A model generated the notes under the pieces. That model was not told the DNA's origin and did not search any database. It saw only the letters and a program-made list of their open reading frames with translations. From Selaginella moellendorffii (lineage: Eukaryota; Plantae; Lycopodiophyta), in NCBI RefSeq assembly GCF_000143415.4, contig NW_003314336.1, forward strand, positions 903,470 to 967,469: a DNA stretch of 64,000 nucleotides, written 5' to 3'. A program made the position numbers and the translations under genes. The number at the start of each line of letters is the position of its first letter. The stretch's first letter is position 1. Positions 11,500-22,107 of this stretch are shown here, piece after piece.

Positions 11500-12040
11500 G
11501 GAACCAGTGGTAGACCACGTAGCTCTCGACGCAGGCCGTGAGCACTTGCACGAGATGGGTGAGCCCTCTTATAATTCACAGGGATTTCAAGAGCAGCAAT
11601 ATCCTCCTCGACAAGTTTAATGCTAAAGTTTCTGACTTTGGCCTCGCAAAGCTGGGCTTGGACAAAGCCGGCCTGGGAACTCAAGGCTACATAGCGCCCG
11701 GGTATGTAAAAAACATTTCTTTGCTTTCTTTTCTCAAAAACCATCACATTTTTCTTCCAGGTATGCATTAACTGCATGGACACTTTGACGACCAAATCGG
11801 ATGTGTATAGCTTTGGAGTGTCTGCTGGAGCTTCTCGTGGGTCGTGTTCCTGTGGACATGACTGCCAAGAGCAGTTCTCGTCTCTCTATCAAGACTTCCT
11901 TCTTTGATCGTGCAAAATACTAATTTTCTGGCTTCTTCCAGGCATTGCCATGGCTCACAGACAGGAACAAGATGGTAGACATCATCGATCTGAGGCTGAA
12001 CGGACAGTTTGCAATGAAAGATTTGATATAGCTATTGCAA
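11500..12040 (+). pseudogene. Receptor-like cytoplasmic kinase fragment (subdomains VI-XI)
   Basis: [50 protein letters not shown]; deletions, frameshifts and no N-lobe. Confidence 0.85.
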
Positions 12041-12365
12041 TCGCTGGTTCCTCTCGTCAAGCACAACTAGCCAATGGGAGTGTTGAGCAGTCCTAGGTTT
12101 TATCAACATCTCAATGCGAGTCCATCAAGCCAATTATCATCACTGACCATGCTCATAAGCTTGCAAAGTGGGAGCCTACGACAAGGAGCTATTTCCTGGA
12201 GGCCATAACCAGCTTCCTCAAATGAGTTCTTCAGTAAGAAGTTTGTGGATGGCAAATATACCTAGCCATTTTAGTGAAGAGGAAGCCAAGCAATTTCTTG
12301 CCTGGGCTTCACACTCTCGTGTGGCTGGGAGGAGAGTGTTTGGCCTTCCATCTTCGAGGCTTATT
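12040..12365 (+). pseudogene. Second, heavily decayed and inverted copy of the P-loop ATPase
   Basis: KPIIITDHAHKLAKWE..YDKEL and FSEEEAKQFL mirror KPVIIFDEANRLAKWEGVYDKEL and FCEDEAKQFF of the 9935-11389 gene. Confidence 0.65.
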
Positions 12366-12699
12366 AATACAGAAATGTTCATCCAAAAACCCTAGTTTGG
12401 TTTGATTTGAAATTAACTTAATAGCACTATGCTAATATTAGTATATAGCATTATATTTGTACACTTGGAATTCACATCATCCCCTCCGGAAGGCAGTTAG
12501 GGTTTTTTGGTGGATGGGCCAGGATTTAGAGGAACATTAGGAAGAGGCATTAATGGATTTGTAAGTGATGCTAATTGTTCTTAATCCCTTTGTATGAAGT
12601 ATTTCAATTGTTACACATACACCATTTTTGGAGGATAGGTTTGTTACTATAACACTTAATATGGTCCCTTCCACTAAATAAAAAACCCCTTAGACAAAC

Positions 12700-15400
12700 C
12701 ATGTAACATAAGATTAGGAAAATAGATTAACATTAAGTCATCCATTTTATACTTTACAGATGGATGATAATAGGAGTTGTAGCATTGTTGTTGTCCCACT
12801 TGTATGCAGTTTAAGTGTTTAATAGACTCTACTTGAATAAGTGAAAGAGTATTCGTTAAATATTAATCCCAAGATTTAACATTAGTAACTGGTAATCGTG
12901 GGTAAGTATTGGATTATGACCATATAAAAGTTTATAATATGAAACACCAATAGAACTCTATACCCCTTTCACATATGTATATTAAAGAGATGGCAAAAAA
13001 TAACCATCCTAATCTGAATATTGAGAGTTCACATAGTTTGCAATCATTTCTTTGAAGGTTCAAATAAGTTGTTTAAACTCAACTTTATTGGCAGTAAATC
13101 ATGACCATATAGGAGTTTATATAGTGAAGCATCAACAAAACATTATACCCTTATAATATACACATACCAAAGAGATGGTAAATAATTATCTTAATCTGAA
13201 TACTGAAAGTTTATATACTTCACAATCATCCATGTGAAAAGTTTGAATAAATTATTCCACTAAACCATTTATTTATGAATGATAAGCACTTATGAAAGTG
13301 TGGCATATGCCTAATTAAGAAATTAAAACATGAAATGCCTATGCGAGACCATTATCTGAGAGAATTTTCTCTGGATAGGGATGTTAAAACACCATTCAAT
13401 TAAAAAGTACCTAACAAAAGTCACTAATGCACTAGCAAAAGCACCAACTTCTAGCTAGTGAGTTAAGTAATTAAAAGCACTAATGATATACTCATTGCTA
13501 GCAATTGACCGTGGAAAAGACCTTATCAAATCAAATGCCACTAATTCAAATAAATAGGAAATTGCAATTGACTCTAACTATCCTTTCGCAACACAAAAGG
13601 GAGTATTACAGGCTTGGCACTAAACACAACTACACATATAATAGATAACATCACATTGCATCTTTAGTTATAAAAAGATTTATGTAGTTTCTCAATCATA
13701 TGCTAATGTTCCATATGCCTATTTATGATAAACATAGAGAAAGTGTGGAATAAATATCAAAGGTACCACCAACCATAAATGATCATCAAAATCAATTCTA
13801 ACAAAATAAAGAAGGTCAATATGAAGGCAATATTAAAAATATAAATATTGAAATGGCAAGTCATCAATAAGTAATATAAGATTTTCAAACCCCTCACAAA
13901 GCATATGGATCCATAACTTAACCTTTTGAGCTTTATAAACCTCGTCAAAAGAAGGTAAAATTTACTCCACTTTATAAACATTAAATATCAAGTACAACAA
14001 CTTTTAATGGCATGGAATCCTTATCTAGAAAATCTATAAATATTGAAAAAACAAGCTTGTCAAGAACAAGATAAAATAGTGAGTTTGAGAAAAGCAATTG
14101 TATCAAGTATAGAACTCTATAGGTGATGAATAACCTCGAAATTATATATCTAAAATTTTAAAACCCATTGAATAATATGACTAACCAAGTTCTTCTATTT
14201 CAATAATAAAGTAACTACAGTATGATTACCTTCTAATAATGTCTAAGAACCATACAAAGATACATGAAACTTATCGAAACTACTGCTAAACACTATTTTC
14301 TATTATGAAGTAATTCACCTTTACTGGTTGTAATGTATGATTAATGTATACAATGGGATGTGTTAACTAGGCACACTTATACTTTCTTCCATTAAAACAC
14401 CCTTAAAACTAATATTTGAAGCATTCACATGCAAAATGAAAGGTTGAGTGTAATTATGATACACCAAAACCATAAAAGTTATTAATAACTCTTTTATATC
14501 TGTAAATGTTTGTTCACAGTCTTTAAATCAACTGAAAGATGATATTAACAACTTTGCAATAGTGCAATATACTTAGAAAGATAATCAACAAAACAATTAA
14601 GATATTGCACCTTGCTTATGAAGTGTTACACATCATTTATACACTTTGGAATAAAGAACTTTATAATAGCCACAAGTTTGTTATAATCAACTTACAAACC
14701 CTTATAAAAAATATGATACCCAACATAAGTTGTGTCCTTATACCTAAACACACATTTCAACCGTTTCAATTTTAAACTAACTTTCCACAACTAATTTAAC
14801 ACTTTCTAAACATCACAAATATGCTCCTTTCACATCCCCTTTAAGTGGATCAAGACATTATGAATGAAATTAACAATCATCTCTAGTATATTACAAAGAA
14901 TTTTATTCATCATCCACTTGAAAGTCGCTATAGTATTGTTTAACATAAATAGTATCACCAAGAATTCATACAAACTTAATGATGTATAAAATATAGTCTT
15001 GGGAACATCATTTTTGGCCATCAACACTTGCTAGTATTTAGAAGCAAAATTTAACTTTATGAACCAACAATTCTTCCCTAAACAATTTAAAAGATCAACA
15101 ATATAAGGAAGAGGATACACATCTAAAATAGTCATTTTGTTTAACAGTTAATAATCAATGCAAAAGTAAATACTTTTATCAAATTTTATGACAAGATGAA
15201 ATTCACATATCCAAAGACTTTATAACTTTTGGATAACAACTTTTTCTAACATCTTTTTGATGTTTGTATGTAAAATTTTGATTTCTTTTGGTAACTGGTG
15301 ACAAACAAAAACTTTGATTGGACAAATATCCCTAGTTAGAATAAAGGTCAAATTCAAAAAGATTAGCATACTCCTTTATAAGCCAGTTAACAATTGCAAC
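12700..15400 (-). mobile_element. Ancient, AT-decayed Ty3/gypsy pol remnant
   Basis: RT motif KNDVPKTIFYTSLSLYEFLVILFMLNNTIATFKWMMN at 14830-15027 (cf. KTAF...[17 protein letters not shown]); many stops; boundaries approximate. Confidence 0.75.
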
Positions 15401-15706
15401 ATAAAAATTGTCTTAATGGATTTAAAAAGGGAGTAGAAGAGTAAAATGGAAACATAAAACAAAATAATGAAAAAATAAAAGTGATGGAAGCAAAAGTATA
15501 AATAAAGGGATGAAAAGGAACAAAAATAATAAGAATGGAAGACAATATGAAACAAAGGGGAAAATCCTTAAAATCACATTTAACATAATTATGCTACAAC
15601 CAATGTATACCAAATATGAAGTCAAAAAAGCAAACAAACAATGCTCATTTAGGCAAGTTTCATCTAAACAAACAATGTGAATCAGATTTTTATATAAACC
15701 TCCTCA

Positions 15707-15995
15707 ATGCTTTATTTCGTTAAAGTGGGACTTTTCATTATCCCACTTATAGTGTGTGGCCACATGCCATTTTTATAACAACAATAAAAAATTGAAGTTT
15801 TAACTTTATAATTTATAAATTAAAAACTTTTCATATGATTTTTGTGTTATAATATTGTGAAATATAAAAAAATAAATTAAAAAACTGATAGAAATATTAA
15901 TAAATATTAATTAAGTACTAGGAAATAGCATGTGGACATATGTTAATTAATGTCCCACTTTACTGAATAAGTCCCACTTTAACGAAATAAAGCAT
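15707..15995. mobile_element. 289-bp MITE with perfect 27-bp TIRs and CTCA 4-bp TSD
   Basis: TIR ATGCTTTATTTCGTTAAAGTGGGACTT at 15707-15733, reverse complement at 15969-15995; CTCA on both flanks; empty site ctcctcattcttc at about 6388-6400. Confidence 0.93.
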
Positions 15996-17010
15996 CTCAT
16001 TCTTCTAGCTCCACAAAGAATTTTTGGCTTATAGCTCTTTACAGATCCGTGTACCAGAATTGCCCAGCAGGATTCTCACAAACGTCCTTGTCTTCACGAG
16101 TTTCCTGAATGGCCGTGCTCCCCCGCCAGGAACGTTCTTAACGCTCCAGGAATCATCGGACTTGCATTTTGCGGCCACAATCTTCCCATCTGTGGATGGC
16201 CTGGAATCGGAAGTTGTCAAAATAATAGTTTTTGGTCCTGGAAGAAAAAGCATGGAACAGATTTTCGTGAGGAAGTTAAAGAGCTGGTTTCATGTTTCTT
16301 TTCGCTTCTTGATCGAGCTGGGAGTTGGACTGTGTGGAGCTTCCAGAAAAGCGCTGCCAAAACTCCATAAGTTGTCAACGAAGGAGGAAAAGGAAAAGAG
16401 AAAGTAAGTTGTTGTATCAAGAGAGCTAGCTATGGAACTTATAAAACCACCAAAACCCATTCAACAGCACCGGTGTACCTTTCACAAAACTGTGCATTTC
16501 TTCGTCGACCACACTGAAAACAGAGGAAAAGCAAAAGAGAAAACAAGTTGTATCAGTAAAGAGCTATGGCAAAATTCCAGCACAAGAAAGCGGGCAAGGA
16601 ATTACAGATCAAACAAACTTACTTATAAGGGGGCTGAGATCTTCTTGAGGTCCCCTTCTGTTTCTGGCTCTCAACCAGAAGTAAGGAGACTGCAGTTCAA
16701 TCGAGAAACATAGAAGATGTACATAAAACCTTGATCAATGTACCTCGTCATGGCTCGAATCATCGTCAGAGATACTTTCACTATCCCACCATGCTCGTGC
16801 ATTTCTTCCTCGATTGGATCGTCAGGAGCCAGGACTACACAAACCAGAAAATCAAAGGAAAACAGCAGTGTTCACGTAAAGATTGAAATCTGCGAAAGCA
16901 GGAACTCGGGAACTCGTAGACCTTGATCAGTTGATCGCGCCCGAAGGCTTGGCCAAAGCAAATGTGCATAAATGTGAACTTAGTATGGAAAACAAACCGC
17001 TACTCGCAGA

Positions 17011-17381
17011 CTAGCAAAAGGTGGCATCTCTGAGGTGCATGGGGAACTTGCGATCGCTCATGTGAACCTCCCTTCGCGGCCATCCAGAACGAGAAGATCA
17101 GAGGCAGTGGAAAATTCCCGGATCGACGAGCTTGTAGGACGCGAAAATGCCGCAATAGACGTGAATCCCGCACACACTGCGCTTGCCCTCGTTCATGATC
17201 ACCACTTCGAACTCGACCATGCCCATGGGCCGGTCTACACAAATGGAAGAAGTGAGGAAGAAACGAAAGAAAAGGATCCAAAACAAATGGAACTTACCTG
17301 AATCGCTGGAAGCTGGAATACGGAGATCAAGAGATACAGCATGAACAGCTTGTGCGATGCTTCCTGTAGGATCATCCTCAT
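17011..17381 (-). pseudogene. TPD1-like pseudogene
   Basis: Paralog of 7913-8343 with several internal deletions and frameshifts. Confidence 0.82.
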
Positions 17382-17595
17382 TGGCGGGATGGATCAAGCA
17401 AGAAAGAAGAAGAAGCTACTCTCTCTTATGGTGAAACACGAGTATTTATCCTAAGGCTGCGTCGCCCCGTAATCTGGGATACGTACGTGAAACACCGGTT
17501 TTTGGAATGGATAAGCTTATGCGAATTAAATCTCCTCTGCGAGGTTGTGCCACCTTCCACGTATAATCGTAAAATCCGCTCGGGTTTGACCGAAA

Positions 17596-18131
17596 TGGCT
17601 TCCCAACAGATATATTTTCTTTGCGATTAAAGAAAGGATGGCACTTCTTTGCAGGCTCCTGTGAGACCAGGAAATTGCTAAAATTATGATAAGAAATGCA
17701 CAAGTTTGGATGTTCGCACCAGAAAGCTTCCTTCCTTCAGTCCCAAAAGACCTGGAAAAAAAAAAAAACGGATGTTTGACCAAATAGACGAGATACAAAC
17801 TCCAGGGAAGTGCCTAATCTCAACAAACATCCAATTTCCGGCCTTCGAGCGTAATGTTTGTCTGTATTTCTGAAACTTAACGACAGACATTAGCATGCTT
17901 GACGGCAACAAGAGGCTTTTCGCTCGGTCGTCTTCGAAAAAAGTTAAACTTTTGAGACTAACGAGCAAGAAAAGTGAAGCTTACCAACTGGATGAACTGT
18001 TAGAGATGGTTTGACTGAAACAGCAGTGTGTTTGCTCATAAAGACAATCTCCGCCGTCACACGCTCGCCACTGTGTGACTTTCAAAGATGGTCGAGATTG
18101 TCAGTCAATTGGAGGAGTCTCACATTTTCCA
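17596..18131 (-). pseudogene. GEK1/DTD2 pseudogene (inverted copy)
   Basis: Reverse complement reads NVRLLQLT DNLDH*KSHSGERVT.EIVFMSKHTAVSVKPSLTVHPVG plus MFVEI and ENISVGKP remnants. Confidence 0.82.
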
Positions 18132-18174
18132 AACCCAATTTTCAAAAAACATTCGCGCTCTTCATTTCTCAGTG

Positions 18175-18292
18175 AGGGAAGAAAAGGATCCCAAACAAAT
18201 GGAAACACCTTCGCTTGAAGTTGGAAGAACGCAATTCAAGAGATAAAGCATTAACAACTTGAGCGGTGCTTCCACTTCATCTTCTTCTTCAT
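18175..18292 (-). pseudogene. Isolated TPD1-like exon-1 (signal peptide) and intron remnant
   Basis: Reverse complement EVEAPLKLLMLYLLNCVLPTSSE followed by the same intron sequence as the other TPD1-like copies. Confidence 0.62.
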
Positions 18293-18321
18293 AAGAACTA
18301 TGGTGTTAGGGTTTTAAGTAA

Positions 18322-19709
18322 ATGGCCCAGGTATCCCTTGGAGCGATGGAGCGCGCTCGTTCCACACTGGAAGATTTTGTAAGTGCACAGCTTGAATCCT
18401 ATGAGCAAACGCTGGAATCTTGTCTCTTACAGTGCAGATCTTATTTCATGTTCCATGGATTGGACGAGCGCCATGTTTTCAAGCACTTGCCAATTCTTAT
18501 GTTTGTCGAGGCTTTTATTTACCAGGTATTTTAGTTCTTTCCTCGTCTTCTTGTGAATCTCCTTGCTCTGGTTCTAAGATCTATCTATTGCAGCTGGACG
18601 ATCAGAATGAGAATGCGATCCAATGTGAGTAACACAGTTTTAGCTTCCTCTTCTTTTTCCTAAGCAAGTTCTCAGTATCAGGTAGTGGTGCTTTAGGAGC
18701 TGATCCTTTCCTGGCATTGCGACAAGTTCTCATGAACAAAAATCTTCTTACTGAGAGGTTTGTACGAAGGAAAAACAGATGCAAGATTTGTAGCGTTCTT
18801 CTTTTTTCTTTCCTTTTCTAGGATTGAGAAGGAGTTGGAAGATGGAGTTGAGTACTGGCTGTTGGAGCGCACTCTTTGCAAGGCGCTCTCTTCGAGCTCT
18901 TCTTCTGAAGTTGTTTGCGTTGGTTTTTCGTGGATATTGTTGCTACTGACACGGCAGCCTCTCCCAGATTTCAGCTTCAGATGTTTTGCGAGCTGTGCGC
19001 CTCAAGTCTTTCGACTATCGCGTTTTGAATCTTTTGCTCTACCGGCTAAGAGACGAAGAGGTAAGATAGTCGACTTCCTTCGTCTTCACTAGATAGCCTT
19101 TTCTCCTCTTCAGGTAAACGAAGTCCATTTCAACTTTCTGAAAACATCGGAATTGCTTGTGGAAATTTCAGACGACCTGTATGTAAGCTTGCTCTGGATA
19201 TTAAGTTCGCTTGGCCTCACTGTGTTTGTTTGCTGGACGAACAGATACGACTACGAGGTAAAAAGTGTGCTTTTAGAAGACTTAGTTTGAACACAGCATT
19301 TCTCAGGAAGACGTTGTTGACAACAGCTTCAACATTCTGCGAATGTTTGTCAGCTTGTATGGTGCAAAGACAGCTCCAGCAAAGCTTGTGAGATTTTCCT
19401 TTTATCATTCTTTTTTAAAGATTTTCTAACTTGTATCCGCCAGGCAAGTTTGATATCTGAGATCGAGCGAGAGTACGAGAATCTGGTGAAGCAGCTTGAA
19501 CCAGGGCTGGCGGCTCGCTACCAGAAGCGCTGCGAAGAAGCGGTAAAAGAAGGTGACACAGAATTCTTTTGCTCTAGCGTAGTTTTGACTCTTTTTTTTT
19601 CAAAGGTGGAAGCAACTCGAAACACCTTCTTGGATGCTGGACAATTCCTCATATTATTCAAGACGAGGCCGCATACAGATCGAGTGTCAATCGGGAAGCT
19701 ATCGAGTAA
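18322..19709 (+). CDS. Conserved plant uncharacterised multi-exon protein with two Asp-rich motifs (possible isoprenoid-synthase-like fold)
   Basis: Spliced product STLEDFCRSYFMFHGLD...YQLDDQNE...YWLLER...LKSFDYRVLNLLLY...LVEISDDLYDYEEDV..NSFNILRMF...KRCEEA...WTIP; alternative end at 19787. Confidence 0.8.
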
Positions 19710-19792
19710 CTCTTTTACTTGAATGCCACCCTTGTTTTAAGTCTTTCTCTCCTTATTTTTGTTCTGCGAATCAGGGCATTTGAATGAAAAGA

Positions 19793-21240
19793 ATGGTGAC
19801 TTTGCTTGTGGCGACGACAACTGATCCCGCCTCGATCAATCCAGCCTCCGCTTTGCTCTTCTTTGCGCCAAACTCATGGACGCAAGGCCGCCCATTGCAG
19901 GTATCCAACCCAAGTCGCTTTTCTCTTTGCTGAGAATTTTTTTTCCAGGGCTTTAAGAACTTCGCTATGGGAAATGTGAGACTGCTGCAATTGACAGGCT
20001 CAATTGTGGGCGAAGACAATCTCGATCATCGTTGGGAGTCACACTCTGGCGAGCACGTCACAGAGATAATCTTCATGAGCAAACACGCTGCTGTTTCAGG
20101 AAAACCATCCTTAACAGTTCATCCAATTGGTAAACTTCACCGTTCTTTCTCTTTGTTTCTCAACACTTACTTTTTTCGAAGGTGTTCCACACATGCTACC
20201 GAGCGAGAAACCTCTAGCAGGTGGAAAGCCGGGATTTGCATCACCGCCTTGTCCCAGAATTGCACCTTGGTTACGGCTTTTGAAAGAAGTTGCTGTTAAA
20301 CACGAACTTGTTCCCGAGTTTGAGGTACGAGCTACCTATGCTTGTGTTCTCGCAAGTTTTTAACTTCGCAGAACTACCACAGATTACGCTTGAGGCAACG
20401 CACCATGGGCCTGAGGTCGACGCTCCAGCGATGTTTGTCGAGATCGGTAAGCACTTTATTTCCTGTTTCATTCATCGACTGTCTACTTGGAAACATTTCA
20501 AGGGAGCTCGGATGGATATTGGAGCAGGCTAGACGCGGCACAGGCGATTGCAACAGTTTGTATCTTTTGTATTTCCTCAACAGTTATATGCAATCCTTTC
20601 TTCAGGTCTTTTGGCAAGGTTTGGGACTCGATGGAGGAACCGAGGTCGGCAAATGGACCGAGTAAGCTTTCTGGTGCGAAAGTTCAAACTTGTGCATGCT
20701 TTATCATAACCTCGGCATGTTTACTTCTTGTAGAGCACATCACGGCGAGAATGTTCTACTTGGGCTTGGAGGCGGTCACTATGTTCCTCGACACATGGAT
20801 GTGATCGAGTAAAGCTTTGCAAGCTTTCCGGTTGATGATAGTTCTAAGTCTTGCTTTCAGAAACACAGGAAGCTGGGTCGGCCATCTTTTGTCCGGCTAC
20901 TCGTTGCCAATGGACGAACCATCGGCTGAAACAAAGAAGAATGCGAACGAGGAGCTGTTTCTACACGTAACTGGGACTTGGAAGGACGCGATTAGAGAGT
21001 CATTTCGGAAGACACAGGCCGCGTTCCCTGGTGGAAAAGTCATGGCACATCTTGATGCAAAGTAAGTTTTTCTCGTTCCTTCTCTGGAACTAACGCTGGT
21101 AAATTCACAGGAGCCTAAAGAGCTGGCAAAGAAGCGCCATCCTTTCTTTTCTCGCATGCGAAAATATACCTGTGGGAAAGCCACACGATTTCGCCGCAGC
21201 GAATGAGGTTACAGCCTCGCAAGAGATTCATTCTCGGTAA
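19793..21240 (+). CDS. GEK1: D-aminoacyl-tRNA deacylase 2 (GEK1/DTD2)
   Basis: MVTLLVATTTDPASIN, IFMSKHAAVSGKPSLTVHPIG, ITLEATHHGP, FVEIGS, GLGGGHYVPRH, GHLLSGY; canonical introns; an in-frame upstream ATG at 19784. Confidence 0.95.
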
Positions 21241-21500
21241 GAGATTCATTCTCTAGAAGCCATTTCGGTCAAACACACTGTAGCGAGAGTGTGTATCCGA
21301 GCGGATTCTACGATAATACGTGGAAGATGGCACAAACTCGCACACAAGCAATTTAATTCGCATAAGCTTATCCATTCTTACTGTTCATACGGTATTTCAC
21401 GAAAACGAGAAAAGAGTCCCAGTTACCGGGGACTCTACCTACGAGAACTAGAGGTATCGCTTGAAAGCTTTTCACTCTTCTTGCTTGATCCATCACGAAG

Positions 21501-21927
21501 ATGAGGAAGATGATCCTAGTGGAAGCGTCGCTCAAGCTTTTCGCGCTTTATATCTTTCTCTCCGTTCTCCCAGCATCAAGCAAAGGTAAGTTTTCCATGG
21601 TTTGTTTGCTCGGATCCTTTCCTCTCCATTTTTTTCTCTTTAGAATGCTCCAAGCGGGACATTGTGATCAGTCAGGGGGACTCCGGCGGGCTCGAGTACG
21701 AAGTCGTGATCGTGAACGAGTGCGAGGATAGTCTGTGTGACATTCACGTCGATTGCGGCACTTTCTCGTCCTACAAGCTCGTCGATCCGGGCGTTTTTCG
21801 CCGCCTTTCGCCGGGTGATTGCCTCGTTCTCGATGGCGGACCTCTTCCACCGCGAAGGGCGATCCGCTTTGTCTATATGAACGATCGCAAATTTCCCATG
21901 CTCGTCAAGGATGCCATCTTTTGTTAG
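21501..21927 (+). CDS. TPD1-like (TAPETUM DETERMINANT 1 family) secreted Cys-rich protein, intact
   Basis: Exons 21501-21585 and 21644-21927; signal peptide then CSKRDIVISQ...NEC...C.IHVDCG.F.S...DP..FRRL...DCLV.DG.PL...F.Y...FP...C with six Cys. Confidence 0.88.
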
Positions 21928-22107
21928 TAACAGAGCTAGGAGACGATGCCAGGTGTGCGAATTGTATGCGAACACGTGTACCCTAATCCAGTGCCACGCA
22001 TGTTTGTAAAGCGCAATGGTGTGCCGCCACGTGGACGTGGCATTATCGTCATCACTGGTTCATGCTAGGCTAGCTCTAGGCGCTCGCGCTGTGAAGAAGC
22101 TTTGGCG

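Larger units (their letters stand above)
15628..17914. repeat. Segmental duplication, copy 2 (paralog at 6306-8893)
   Basis: See copy 1. Differs by a MITE insertion, an inversion of about 190 bp, and the absence of the tandem duplication. Confidence 0.92.
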
